A stretch of DNA of 62,000 bases from Botryllus schlosseri (lineage: Eukaryota), in the NCBI GenBank assembly GCA_051294905.1, contig CM119372.1, positions 1,798,001-1,860,000 on the forward strand, given 5' to 3'. The stretch's first letter is position 1. Every line of letters starts with the position of its first letter. The notes under the pieces were generated by a model that did not search any database, was not told where the DNA came from, and saw only the letters and a program-made list of their open reading frames with translations. This document shows, piece by piece, positions 11,501 through 24,195 of the stretch. The position numbers and the translations under genes are program-made.

Positions 11501-14500
11501 CACGTAGTCCACAGCCGGGCACGAATCTGCAGCGATAGCGGTGGCGAGAATACAAGTAACGGACACAGTTGCCTGGAGACATTCAATCTGCAACGAAAAT
11601 ATGGTATACTTGGTATATGATAAATTTGGAATAGACCACCACTGCCAATACTGCAGGGTCGTAACCAACTCACAAGGCTCCGTGTCACAAGTCAATCTCA
11701 CTTTTAGAGTTTTGACTCGAATCGAGTCATTTTCAAATGACCACCGAGTCAAGTCCGAGTCCAAGTCAGCAAGCAGAGGGTCGAGTCTGAGTCATGGTAT
11801 TATGACTCGAGTCCGAGTCATTGTGTTGACTGCTCAGTTTCCAGTTAAAGTCTAGTTAAAGCCGCTTTTTATAACTCTGTTTGGTGATATCGAATGGTTC
11901 GCATTTATACTATATTATTTTCCCCACTTTTAGCAGTTTCTGGTCGCATTTTCGAGTACCAGTACCGATAGTCGAAATCCCAATAGTGTGGTTACTTTAC
12001 TATTCTTCGAGATTACAACGAAATGTCGATCTTGGCTGTCTGAGTCTCGAGTCCTATGACTTGGTTCGAGTCATGCGCAATGACTCGAGTCCAAATCGCC
12101 TCAATACACAGATTGACTTGAGTCGAGTCATTTCCGTATTTTGAGAAATGACTCGAGTCAAGTCGAGTCATCGGAAAATCGTGACTCGAGTCAAACTCGA
12201 GTCGAGTCATGACCCGAGTCATCACAACCCTGCAATACAGTAAACATATTATTCTTGTGCATAAGTGCTCTAGTATTGCAGAGATTTTTCAAAATTACAT
12301 CAGAATCATAATTGCCGAATACGCAAACAATTGAAAATTGAAATAAATTCCGAGTCAGAAATAAGACAGATGTCAAGTTCAGCGAATATTAAATCAGGGC
12401 TGTAGTGACTCGAGTCACGATTTTCTGATGACTCGACGTGAGTCATTTTCTTTAAACACAGAAATGACTCAACATGACCCGAGTCAATTTGTGTATTGAC
12501 TCGACTTGGACTCATATGACTCGGGACTCGAAAGGCCAGGACCGACTCGAATCGTAATACCACGACTCAAGACTCGGCCCTCTGCTCGATGATCTGGACT
12601 CGGACTTGACTCGGCGGTGAATTGAAAATGACTTGAGTTGAATTGAGTCAAAACTATAATAGTGAGATTGACTCGTGACTCGGAGCCTTGCGACTTGGTT
12701 ACAACCCTATAACAAATCAGAGAATGCACTGCATCATTCTCCTGTAGGATTTTCAGGAAAAATAGTAATGAGATCAGAATTGGATCACAGCGTAGTAATA
12801 TTCCCAGATTACATTACCGGCTTTCCGCTCTAATCAGTCTAAATTTGACAACAAGAATGATCTAATTGTCCAAGTCTGCTAGTATGACGTACATTTCTGG
12901 AACCGATGTCTTGCAGCCTGATCTTCCAATTGTCATTAAACGCGTTGAAGCAATTCACCATACCGTCCTCGTTGCCGGTAATGATAGACAGATGACCAAC
13001 TGTCAGACAAATGCAGGTTGAACGAAATTAGCCATATACCTAATTTGTTACGTCAGATTATGTGCTACGATTGTTGATTTACAATGTCCTTTTTAATTCC
13101 CTACGAGTTGCTGACGATTACCCATGACGAGTGTCAGCCGAAAATATTCGGGTTTATTTCGATATGGATATACTATTCAATTGTATACCTAATTGTGTAA
13201 CAGAACTTCTAAATTCTGATGTGTTCGCATTCAAGACCAAACTACAAGTCGCTATATAGCACCAGAGCACAGAGGTGGTCAGTGACGAGATACTTCTACT
13301 TTTCAAAGTACTCAAAGCAGGTTTTATCTGCTTGCACTACTTACTCAAGTGGTTATGATTTAAGACTACTTCCCCTTAACAATTTTCAGTTTTGGTAAAA
13401 CTAGGCCTAAAATAATTACTTTATTACATACTTGGACATCGCTACATTGTTACATATACGTCTACTCGTATACCAACTATGAATACTTTGATCAACTTCA
13501 CTCTGAACAGGTTTATTCAGACAGATAAAAGACAGTTTCCGGCCTAATTTGTCTCGTGTGATATGACTTGGTAGAGTCATACGTACCGACTCGTGTAGGC
13601 CACAAGTCGAGTCCATGCGCAAAGTGACTGAAGTCATTGTAACCCGGGTGAGTAGTTCAAGTTGTGTATTTTGAAAAGTAAGTTCTAGTCGTGTAATGCG
13701 TGTCCGGTATGGTGAAAAGTGAATAGTTCTAATTCAAGTTGAATATTTTGAAAAGCGAGTAGTTCCAGTTCTAATTCTACTATTGGATTTTGAAAAATGG
13801 ATAGTTTTGATTCTAGTTGCGAGTTTTCGAAAGAGAGAAGTTGTAGTTCTAGCGTGAACCGTGAAAAGTGAGTAATTCTAGTTCTAGTTGTGAATTTTCA
13901 AAAGAGAGTAGCTCCAGTTCTAATTCTATAGTTACGAGTTTTGAAACTCAGTAGTTTGTAAGTGTCTAACTAGGGTGGGGCAAGTACAATGCCATCGTAT
14001 TAAAGATTATTTGGTATTTTTTTTCGACCATGTCGATTTCATTGCACTTTGTGATATATGTTATATTCGGCACGCTATAAATTATTATATTAGTATCAAT
14101 ATTTCAGTAACCGAGAAATGATCTCTCACTAGTTCACTTGCACCATTAAAAGTAATACTGTATTCGGATTTGAGTGCTCGAATCATTGCGCCTAGCCCTA
14201 GCAGTAAGTCACTTACGTTCGGTTTCGTGGATTTGCAGATCCGAGATTCCGGCCGGTTTCTGCAACATTGTCCTCATGAAAATTTGTCCGTTACAGAACA
14301 CAGTGACGGAACCTCGGGAATCTGCTGCGATCAGGTCTTGCGATTTCAAACGAATGATGTCGTGCAGACGAAGATGAAATATCGGACCGCATTTTGTCTC
14401 CAGACTTCTAACTGGCTGAAAGGTCAAAGGTCACAATATCACCAATCACCATGACACATTGCTTGATTCATACCTATTTGTGTTTATCCTGACTTTATTA

Positions 14501-16744
14501 ATTATTAATTACCGGTAATCATGGATTAAATTTTATTCAATTGATGTGCTGTGATTCAAACCAATACGCTATGGATACACGGGTTGTAACCAAGCCGCAA
14601 GGTTCCGAGTCACAAGTCAATTCGACTTTTATAGTTTCGACTCAAGTCAAGTCGAGTCATTTTCAATTCACCACCGAATCAAGTCAGGGCACACCGGATC
14701 GAGTCTGAGCCATGCTGTTAAGACTCAAGTCCGAGTTCAAGTCATTTTGTTAAGGCTACTCTTCAGTATCGATTTCAAGTCAGGTTCAACTCACTTCTGT
14801 GAAGCTCTTGTGGGATATCGAAGGCCTTGGATAAAGCCTACTCCTTTTTCTCACTTTAAACATGTTTCTTCAAACAGGTAAAAGACGGTTTCTTGGCCTA
14901 TTTTTAAATTATGAATAAGATATGAATAAGTCATATAGAATGAGTCGAGTCATGCGCTAGCCATTTTATGTTAGGCATATCCCTTAGGTCAGTGGTTCTC
15001 GAACTTCTTCAGACACGCCCCCCTTTTTGTTGATAAAATATTTCGCGCCTTTCCTCATTGCGGTATCACAAAATATCCAAGAGAACAATCAGAATTCCAG
15101 CAATCCCAACAGAAAGTTTGATGGCATTGAAGGTTATAGCTGTTCATGAGTAGGGCTGGGCAAAATCGAATACTTGAGTGATTCGATTCTGAATCACGCA
15201 ATATGCTTCGAGTCGAGTCGAGTAATCGAGTATCACTCATTATGACGTCATAACAGAATGTAATACGTCAAAGTTCAAATATGTATCGTTTATGCCACCA
15301 AAAAGAATATGATGACTGTTATCCATCTCATAAACGATAATTTGGTATTTTTTCAACCATACCGATTTCATTCCACTTGGTGACAATGTTGTGGGATAAT
15401 CATGACTTCGGAAATGTGCTACGTCCGGTAACCTTCGTAGCTTTGTACTATATGTTGCGTATGCTACGATACCACCAATCACGGTTTCATGGCTTCAACG
15501 GTCAAAATTAGTATCGCAACTATAATTCTCGTTGATAAATTAACTTTTAAGTAGTGAGAAGCTTATAATTTCAGTACTCGAAAAAATAGTCTTTTACTAC
15601 TCGACTCGAATCATTAAAATTATTACTCGATTCAGATTCGAGTACTCGAATCATTGTGCCCGGCCCTATTCATGAGAGAATTCTCAAATATGAAATTCGG
15701 AAACTAGACAGAGCAATAATCATAAGGTAGAGGTAAATCGCTCAAAACGCGAAAAAAATTTCAGTTAACCGCGGCTTTGCGCCCTCTTCAGGTGCTTCCG
15801 CGCCCCCCAGTTGGAGAACCACTGCCTTAGGTCTATTTCTTTCCATCCTGTGTGCATGCCTCTTATTTTTATCACCTAGGCCCAGGTGGGTGTCTGATTT
15901 CAAAGACAACTGCAAGTCGTTTTGAACCTTCTCTTTTCATTGTAACGCAGTCTTGCAGTGTTTTCAAACCGATACTGGACTACTTACAATTTTTAAGCTA
16001 GAGATTTCATCAGGACAGCGGAATTGAATTTACTACCAATAGCGCAACAAGATAGGGCAGAAACGAAGACTACTTCTACTTTTTTCTGACTACTCCGAGA
16101 TTTTGTCTACTTGTAGCCTACGGCTTACTCAAATGGTTGTTTCTAGACTACATCCACTTCTACAGTTTTATTAGGTGAAACTGTTTACATTATTACATCA
16201 AGAAAAGTTAAAAGTTGTTTTTGGATTCACTTCTTCGCGTGAAACTGTCATGACACCCGGGCAAAAGAGCCTACACCCTGCTATTTCATAAGTGGCCACC
16301 TTCCATTGTAGCTGCTAAAATTAAACCAAATCTACCTTTGAAAGTAGCCTACGTGTTCGAGTACTTTTCAAAATTTCATTCTCTAATTCTACTCGGAGTA
16401 GTTTTGACATTGAAATAGCTACTTCTACTTGCAATTCAATCAAATTTACGGTGTTAACTTCTATTATACTACTACAGCAGTGGAAAGGCCGACTACTTCC
16501 ACCATCTCTGCTGAGCATAACACCATGTCGTAGATTACTCATAATACAAGGACTTTTTTCACCGTTAGGCCTCCCTTACCTGTATTTCCTTGGCTCTTCT
16601 AGTGGGCGTTTCATAGACTTGTATGACGCCGTCTTCTCCTCCAGTCACAATGAAATAAGGATCCTCTTGAAAAAGTTTGCCATAGGTCAAAGTCAGGAAT
16701 GGCCTACTGGTTTTTGTCTCCCACAATACCTCAGCCTGAACCAT
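8538..16744 (-). CDS. Uncharacterised WD40/beta-propeller-like protein, 352 aa; exons 16580-16744, 14217-14415, 12893-12999, 11414-11587, 9826-9878, 9344-9486, 9091-9185, 8538-8660
   Basis: Eight GT-AG exons with consistent phases (0,1,0,0,2,1,0), total 1059 nt, ending in TGA. Repeated blade-like motifs IVTGGEDGVIQVY, LIAADSRGSVTVF, IITGNEDGMVNCF, VIVADSSKNLHFI, IALGCDDGTIWIC, FLVGCKDSTLLAF. Confidence 0.88.
9245..9313 (-). repeat. Truncated copy of the hammerhead-bearing repeat (3' half only)
   Basis: Matches GAAAATATTCGGGTTCATTTCAATATG...GTACCTCCAAG of the other copies. Confidence 0.6.
9921..10692. mobile_element. hAT (Charlie-like) MITE in an intron
   Basis: TIRs CAGGGGTTCTCA / TGAGAACCCCTG; perfect 8-bp TSD GGCTAGAA. 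Confidence 0.88.
11654..12232. mobile_element. hAT-type MITE, family A
   Basis: CAGGGTCGTAA...CACAACCCTG; TSD caatactg/caatacag. Confidence 0.8.
12395..12709. mobile_element. hAT-type MITE, family A (short)
   Basis: CAGGGCTGTAG...TTACAACCCTA; GACTC repeats; TSD 6/8. Confidence 0.7.
13098..13210 (+). ncRNA. Hammerhead-bearing repeat, copy 2 (core C3 mutated to A)
   Basis: GCTGACGATT-ACCC-ATGACGA-G-TGTCAGC-C-GAAA-ATAT-TC-GGGT. Confidence 0.55.
13648..13960. repeat. Degenerate minisatellite (unit of about 30-45 bp, GAAAAGTGAGTAGTTCTAGTT...)
   Basis: Several imperfect tandem units are visible. Confidence 0.65.
14990..15824. mobile_element. hAT MITE hosting a nested MITE
   Basis: TIRs CAGTGGTTCTC / GAGAACCACTG; perfect TSD CCTTAGGT. 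Confidence 0.88.
15151..15668. mobile_element. hAT MITE, TAGGGCTGGGCA family (nested)
   Basis: TIRs TAGGGCTGGGCA / TGCCCGGCCCTA; perfect TSD TTCATGAG; sister copy at 47505. Confidence 0.9.
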
Positions 16745-18202
16745 AGCCTTCCGACACTGAAATAAAGTATATCTCGCTGGAAATGAAGAGAATACCACAC
16801 ATTCACATTAATAACATTCTCAAAGTCAGTGTAGAATTTGGTATGAGTGTTAACAACCTTTACACAGTACAGGCAATAGGCATAAAGCAGCATGTTCAAT
16901 GACTATATAAGTGTTTTTTAGAGGTTCGTAAGACAATAATAGTGGTGGTATCATTGGATATGAATCTCAATCACTATTAAACTATTTTTAAAAAATGTGA
17001 AATGATTTGAATGATTAGCAATCAATGATGCTATCAAACCCTACCGTCAATCTGGGGTAAAGTAGATTGGAAAATGTATTGTAAATTTCGTTTCAGCATT
17101 ATCGTAGCACTGATTTTTAATAAATAACAGATATATGGAAACTCGAATACTCTTGAAATGTCATATGTAACAAAAATAACATCTTGTGAGAAACATTAGG
17201 GCAGACTTCATTCTGCTGTTCGTCTACTCGAGCCATTAACTCAACTGAGGGTTCAATGCCAACTATAAAACCTGCAAGCCGTCAACTCAAGGCCATCCTA
17301 TTCAGAAAACAATATCCAGATATTTTAGGACTACCATTACGAAATGCTATCCCATATCTGTAGTATATGTCCTGAGGAATGCTGCCAATAGTGGCCATGA
17401 ACACAGCGAACCAACCTGTCTCGATAGTCGTTACAAAACATCAACACACGACAGCCTAGAAATGGTATTTAATGGAAAATGCCACTATGAAACGCAATAT
17501 AGATACTCTCAAGTAGCTCCTTCCATCTACGTAGATGCAGAACAGAGATAGGCTGGTTGATAGTTGCAAAACTCAACATATTAGGCATCAGTATCCAAGA
17601 AAAACTGATATTGTTGCAGTGCAGAAAAATGTTAATTTATAGTTGGAAAACGCAGAACATGTAAGGCATCAGTAATAACTAATCACACCTGATATTAAAG
17701 TTGTTTCAATGCGGAAATAGGCTAATAGAGAATTGGTAAGCACATACCAGTATCCGAGACTAACCCTCGATTTCTATTATGACATTGATGAGAGGTTCTC
17801 AACCTGGGGCCATGAGCTATTTTCAGAAAGTCATGAAAAATTCGACAAATATTTTTTGAAATATAGATACCATCTCTAAATCTACTCTATAACCTCACAG
17901 ATTATTTCATTCCGACGAAAACGATGTTTATTACTTTCTTCCAAGGGTTGGACAATTGATTTTTAAAGGGGGTCAAGGGTTGGGAAGCTCTGCCGTAGCA
18001 GAACAGAAATAGGCTCAACGCAGAACATATTATCCAATTTTAGATTGTCAACCACAGGTAAATATAGAACAAAAACACGCTCACAATGCAGCTATATATC
18101 ATTACAGGTCATTTTGTTCTTACATAAAGTACAAAAAACATATTCAATCCTAGGGTAGATGGCAAACCAGGCTTCAATCATCAATCAACCTCAAACTTTA
18201 GA

Positions 18203-19555
18203 TTACATTTCCTGCGCGCCGATACTTTGTTGAAGATATTCTTTATACAACGCTTCTTTTTTACTTTTAACCTTCGATTGCACGTATTCCCGCCTTTCCA
18301 ACAAGGACTTTTTCAACCGTCTTCCGAGCGTGGGCCTTGTTTTTGAGGACAAATGAGCCAGAAGCAGTAGAATCAACGTGAGAACCGCCACACCGCCGAG
18401 GAAATGCCAATGATACGTCTTCGGGACAGCGGTCCATATCGAGGAAACGGGTGAAGTGTAATGACGCAGGTTGGCGGTGCCGACTTTGCCGAGAGTTGAA
18501 TGGAGGATATCATCCGACAAGCCAACGGCAAGGAAGTTAGCCAGAAACACCATCGGTACGAACAATCCGAACATAAAGAACAGACAACGGCGGCTTTTTG
18601 CTCTCAAATTATAGGATCTTGCTTCATCGTCAATGCGTAGTTTCTCATTGATAGCGTCAGCGATTTCAGTGCAGTCTTTTTCGAGCTGGTTCAAAGTATT
18701 TTGAATAGTGGCGTTGATGGTTTTTTCGATTTCCTTGCAAACCTCTTCAATTTGATTCACACAGCGACTTTGTTTACCCAACGTAGGTACATAGATTGTT
18801 GGCATTTCAAACCCGGTTCTATTCAAATTAGGTCTTTTACACAATTCTTGTACGATTTGCATCATAACCCGCTGACGATCGCTTTCATGACCAGCCTCGT
18901 CTGCCTTGCTGAGATAAAACTTCATTCTCTCAGCGTGTTTATCGCATAAATTTTCGACAATATTAAGTGTACGCTTGCACAGAGCTTGACCGATCGGATC
19001 GAAGAACACAAATATCAAATCGGCTATGTTGTTACCGAGCCATAAGATAGATTCGTTTACGTCGAAAGGATATTTCATATCACCATCGACAAGGCCTGGA
19101 GTATCAATGAAAGTTACCAGGCTGAATTTTTTCTGCTTCGAAGTTGATATCTCCGTTCCGATGTAATCAATTACGCCTTTCATGTCTTGAAGAGGTTTCA
19201 AGTGCTGGTATAAATGCATGGTCGCGTTTCCAGTCAAGGATTCTCTCTTACGGCCACTGGTGACTATAGTAAAGCCTTGCGTTTCGATAGCTACGCCTGT
19301 TCTTTGAACGTGTTCTTCTACGTACCAGTTGATAAAAGTGCTTTTGCCGGCGGAGTGATTACCTATCAGCAGCACTGTGATCTTTTTACGCGGTTCCAAA
19401 AGTTTGATGTCGAGGCTTTTCGCGATTTCGATCAGTCCGGTGGTTTCCTCCACGTATAAACGGTTGCATTCTTGCAGGATTTTTTCGTTCGCGGATAGTG
19501 TCGAGCTCGCTAATGCAGCAGAGCCACGAGCTTTGCCTTTGAGTTTTTCAGGCAT
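18203..19555 (-). CDS. Intronless dynamin-superfamily (EHD/sarcalumenin-like) P-loop GTPase with coiled coil and two C-terminal TM helices, 450 aa
   Basis: G1 GNHSAGKS, G3 DTPG, G4-like SKAD. Helical region IEEVCKEIEK..LEKDCTEIADAINEKL. Hydrophobic segments CLFFMFGLFVPMVFLANFLAVGL and FLGGVAVLTLILLLLAHL. Confidence 0.92.
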   Translation of the reverse strand: MPEKLKGKARGSAALASSTLSANEKILQECNRLYVEETTGLIEIAKSLDIKLLEPRKKITVLLIGNHSAGKSTFINWYVEEHVQRTGVAIETQGFTIVTSGRKRESLTGNATMHLYQHLKPLQDMKGVIDYIGTEISTSKQKKFSLVTFIDTPGLVDGDMKYPFDVNESILWLGNNIADLIFVFFDPIGQALCKRTLNIVENLCDKHAERMKFYLSKADEAGHESDRQRVMMQIVQELCKRPNLNRTGFEMPTIYVPTLGKQSRCVNQIEEVCKEIEKTINATIQNTLNQLEKDCTEIADAINEKLRIDDEARSYNLRAKSRRCLFFMFGLFVPMVFLANFLAVGLSDDILHSTLGKVGTANLRHYTSPVSSIWTAVPKTYHWHFLGGVAVLTLILLLLAHLSSKTRPTLGRRLKKSLLERREYVQSKVKSKKEALYKEYLQQSIGAQEM

Positions 19556-20713
19556 TTCTCAGCTGTTTGCTTTGAGACCGTTGAGAGCAAAATAAATTAC
19601 GCGAAAGCTGCAAACGAAAAAGGACCAAGCGACAGACTCGCAAAGATTGTGCAAGTGATGACGTACACGAGTCACTTTTGAGTCGACTTTCAATCAAATA
19701 TGCACTGAGGCGTGCTACCGTGATGTCGTACAGCATAAATATAAGGTTCGGTTTGCGTTCGGTGTATTGCAACTTTTGTCAGTTCAATACACCACATAAA
19801 TTGCGATACAATGAAAAATATTGGAAAAGGTGTCGAAACGTATTGGAGTAGTCTTTGGAATCAGACACCCAACTAGGCCCAGACCAGTGGTTCCCAATCT
19901 TTTTCATCTCGTGGACCCCTTCGCCGACATTTAAGCCAAAATCCCCACCCCCCAGAAGAAATCAGCCCGATGAGTAAAAGAGGTCAATTTTTCGCGCCAA
20001 CACCCGAGAAATAAGACAGGCGCTACAATGTTTGTTTGAAGCAATGCCGCAACAAAATTCTGTCGACCTACAAAAAACATTGGTCTTGCAGTAGTCTTTG
20101 GAATTAGACACCCACCTTGGTCTCGGCTTCAGAATATCTAGCCTGTTGAAGTGTTCGAGGTAACGAGAACTCCTAATCGTCATCTGACTCGCTTAAGTAC
20201 TGTCTCATGAAGGCCTGCATAGGAAGTGGGCCTGTTTTTACTATTTATCTCGTGGATTGGATTCATACTATAGGTATCCCTCAAGATTACATGGACCCCG
20301 ATCTGAAATATCCACTTCTATACCGACACATATGCCACATCCACATTCATTTTTATCGCTACTCTTTTCATGTTATCCTTTATTTCTTTTCATACGATGT
20401 GCATGCCCTTTATGCTCCAGGGAAGTGGTCCCCAAAATTTTTGTGGTCGCGGCCCAATTTCGGATTTCAAAATGTTTAGTGACCCACCTCTAAATTTAGT
20501 AGGGTGATTTCTCCGGAAATTGGGGGAAGCTAATCCCTGAGTAAAGAGTCAGCAGCCCTGGGTCTCCTAAAAGAAGAAAACGACCTTCCGATTGAAAACC
20601 ACTGCTCTGTCGTGAATAAGGGTTGCAACGCTCTGCTATATATCCGCTATGGAACAACAATACCACATCACGTGACTTATATTCACCCTTGGAATAAACG
20701 CAATAACCAAGCG

Positions 20714-21284
20714 TAGGGTTACCATACGCCCTCTTTTAAAATAGGGTTATCATACTTTGGAATCGGGAAAGGAGGACACTTTTTCAAAATTTTCAGACAT
20801 AGAATTGTGGAGTAAAATTCGGAAAAGGTGGTAAATATTTCCCGACTTTGGGGTTGGGTGATTAAAAAACTTTGCGGCTCAGCTCCCGAAGTAGCCGCCG
20901 GCGCGTTACTTCAGTGCTGATTTACTGTAGCTCAGTGGAATTGTTCTCTTTTGTGACTTGTTTGAAAATTTCCTCTGAGGTCGCCCAGATGTCATATTTT
21001 TTGAGAATTCTTCATGTATTATCGGTCCCACTATCTCATCGATAGGCTACCACATCACCCCTCCGTGAAAATGGAAGTGAGAGGAGTGAGTTATAGGAAA
21101 TCAGCACTCAAGTAACCGTCCGACGGGTCTTTCGGTAAGTCAGTCAGGAAGACGACCTTTTTTAGTCAACCAACTACAAAATCGAAGTAAATTTACCAAA
21201 TTTTCCGCATTTTTTCCGGTATTGTAAGTCTGAAAATTTTGAAAAAATGCCCTCTTTTCAGATTCCCAAATTACGGTAACCCTA
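20714..21284. mobile_element. hAT MITE, TAGGGTTACC family
   Basis: TIRs TAGGGTTACC / GGTAACCCTA; perfect TSD ACCAAGCG. Confidence 0.85.
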
Positions 21285-22080
21285 ACCAAGCGCATATCGC
21301 GTATTGATTTAGGAAGAGACACATGTGTAATACAAAATATATCTGGAAAGGGCAATGGTCGTCTGATGTTGAACTGCTGGTAATCACTCGTCAGGATTCC
21401 AGTGTTGGGATCAAAGTCACTACCTTCGAGTCACGAGTCATCTCGATTCATTGCACATTTTGACGCGAGTCAAGTCATGTCGATAGATTTTGTACGGTGG
21501 CTCGAATCAAGTCAAGTCACGAGTCAAGTCACCATTTAAGTTATTTTTAATTTTCGAAATGCGTGGCATGATTCAAAGTCGAGTCATTTTCCTAGCTGTT
21601 TCAAACACAGATTGGGTGGGAATTCATTGTGAATCGAGAAACGAATATAGAGGTAAATCTAAGCGAAGCAGCGCTATATCGCCCAAGCGTAGGACTTATA
21701 GGGTTGCAGTTGAAACAAAAATCAATTTAAAACATACATGTTAAAAACAAGGCCCCACTTCACAAACCGACCGTGTATTATGAATTGGCGAGTTGCGACT
21801 GCCAAGGCGGGCTAACATGCAGATTGCAGTGCAGAGCAAATGCATTCTTTCGATGATTTAGCTCTTATGTATGTGACTGGCAGATCCATTTTACATACCG
21901 AATGCAAGTTGTGAATTTGTAGTATAGGCTGCTTTCTTTCGTAGCCTACGTGCGAAAGATGCTGATGAGCTTTGAAGTAACACAAATCGTCAATTCATTA
22001 AGCTATACCATTTTGGGTTTATATATTTGTAACTCCGACTCCATGGGAGTCTGTGCCTCACCAACCATGAGCCTCACCGC

Positions 22081-22371
22081 GGTTCTATACCAACACCGAG
22101 AAAACCGTTGAAAAACCCAAGAATGGAAATTACCGAGAATGCCATTACCGAGAATGGCTAATGCCGAGAATCTAACTTACTGAGACGGACGTTGCCGATA
22201 AATTTATACGTGAGAATCGACAGCGAATGTGGCAACGCCGTGATGCACGTTAGGTTCTCGGCATATGTCCATACTCGGTAATACACATTTTCGGTAATGT
22301 CCATTCTCGGTGGTGTCCATACTCGATAATGTCATTCTCGGTGATTGCTTTCTCGGTATTGACCGGACACC
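22081..22371. mobile_element. MULE-like palindromic MITE with TACCGAGAATG subrepeats
   Basis: GG...CC termini, inverted arrays CCGAGAATG / CATTCTCGG, 9-bp TSD cctcaccgc/tctcaccgc. Confidence 0.7.
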
Positions 22372-22627
22372 TCTCACCGCACGTCACCCGTAACCACATG
22401 TTCTATAGTCACATATTATGTACACATGATATTTACAAGAACAGGGTGAACAAATTATTTTATTGCATATTATACTGTTCGACAATTCTTGAGAAGGGAC
22501 CCCGAAGGGTTGGATGGAGGTAAACATTTCTCAACACACATCGTTGTACACTTTTACAGTTACACTATAAATAACGAACCTGAGGGTATAGTTATTTATA
22601 GGGACACACGGTAATGAATATTTGTAT

Positions 22628-24195
22628 TTACACGCGACAGTCACTGTCATTCAAAGCGTCCACCTTATATTTCATAGCATTGAACAAAAAACTTTCTGAC
22701 AGTTCGCCTTTCGTTTCTGACGAATGCATTTGAGAATTCGCCGCTGCTGTTGCAGCTGCTTTCGGAGGAAGTTTGGCACGAATGGGCGCGCTCTGTCTAC
22801 CACTAGTTTTCGTGGTCTTCTCGTCGAATTGTGCTCTTAACGCGTCCACGTGCCCTCTCGAAATGCGGGACTCTGCTCTGTTAGTTTTGTTATCCGAGTT
22901 TGACACGGCTCTCAGATAGGTTATCGCTACTTGTTTTGTCTTTGGCTCCAACGGAATCATGGGCCGTCTAATAACTCCGGTTCCGCTGTACGGTCTGTGC
23001 CGTCTGAAGTTTCTAGGTTCGCATATAGTCAACGATTTCTTTACGACGGCAGTGCCAGGCGGGTCTAATCGGAGGATATCCCTGTTTACTATATTTTTAT
23101 GCCCGAGAGTTTCTCCCCGCGGCGAACTGCGTACCTTTCGGTTGATGGTCGAAGGACGCATGTTGACTTTGCTGAAATAAATGCTGTTTGCTCGAATATC
23201 CATCTCTGATTTACACTTTTGCATCACATCGGGGTAGCACATGTCCCTTATCAATACATCATATTCTCCGGTATTTCTGTTGTGGTCAACAAAACCTGTG
23301 AGATGATTATAGTTTCCCGTGTAATTCGCACGGTGCAGAGAAACTGTTTTCTCGATTTGTCGCACAAGTGTCCAGTCTACCATGTCTTGAATATCTTCAC
23401 ATTCAAACTCATCGTATCGATCGATTTCGTTTGAATGCGTACTCTCGAGATCGCTACTCCCCCTTGCTGCAACGGCAGGGTTTTCTGTGGAAGTTGCCTG
23501 TTTACATTCGACTGATTCGTATAAATCGTCAGACGCCAATACGGTTACATCGTTTCGGTCTTTATCAAAGATGGCTTCGGATTTCTTTCCGTCGAGAGTA
23601 TTCTGCTTGTTTGATTTCCTTCCGAATATTTTACGCCTGGAATTGATCAGATTCTGTGGTCAGCGTGAAAAGTCGATCTATTACTATGATACACACTTAT
23701 CAATATATGTTTAATCATATTATGACACAATTGAGAATCGCAGTAGTTTATGTCCATTTTACACATTTTGAGAAATTAACTTGACGTAAAGTTTTCATTT
23801 TCTTTCGGCCCTATCTTGGCCATGATTAACTTTGAAATACGTGATAAACAAAAACATGGTGGAACAACAATAGAAAAAGTAAAATTGGGAGATTACGATT
23901 ATACTTACAATAGTTTCAGCATTTCCGTAAATGAAGTATATTTTTAAATTCTGAAAAAGTAAATGTACTTTGTCACAAAAAAAAACGCAGCTGGCAATGC
24001 CTACTATAGGCTACTATGAAATCTATATATAACTCTAATCGCCAATCGAGCAATCTAACGATTTCAATTCTATCGCATGGTGCAAAATCAGCTAACTATT
24101 TTGCATTTACTTCGGTTTTGGTCGGTGTAATGAGCCAAACGCACCATCTCATCAGGAGATCTCAGGAATGTGCAGTGGATTACGTTTTCGTGCAT
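22628..24195 (-). CDS. Uncharacterised protein (about 388 aa, no recognised domain); exons 24097-24195, 23909-23950, 22628-23653
   Basis: 1026-nt terminal exon open after the acceptor at 23654. A clean 42-nt internal exon (tttttcag / gtaagt). All junctions are phase 0. The start codon is uncertain. Confidence 0.6.

Noticed and set aside
11654..12709. Dense GACTCGAGTC/GACTCGACTT repeats that superficially look like a CRISPR or iteron array
   Set aside because: Spacing is irregular, there are no unique spacers, and the repeats are bounded by TIRs and 8-bp TSDs. They are MITE subterminal repeats; ORFs over them are spurious.
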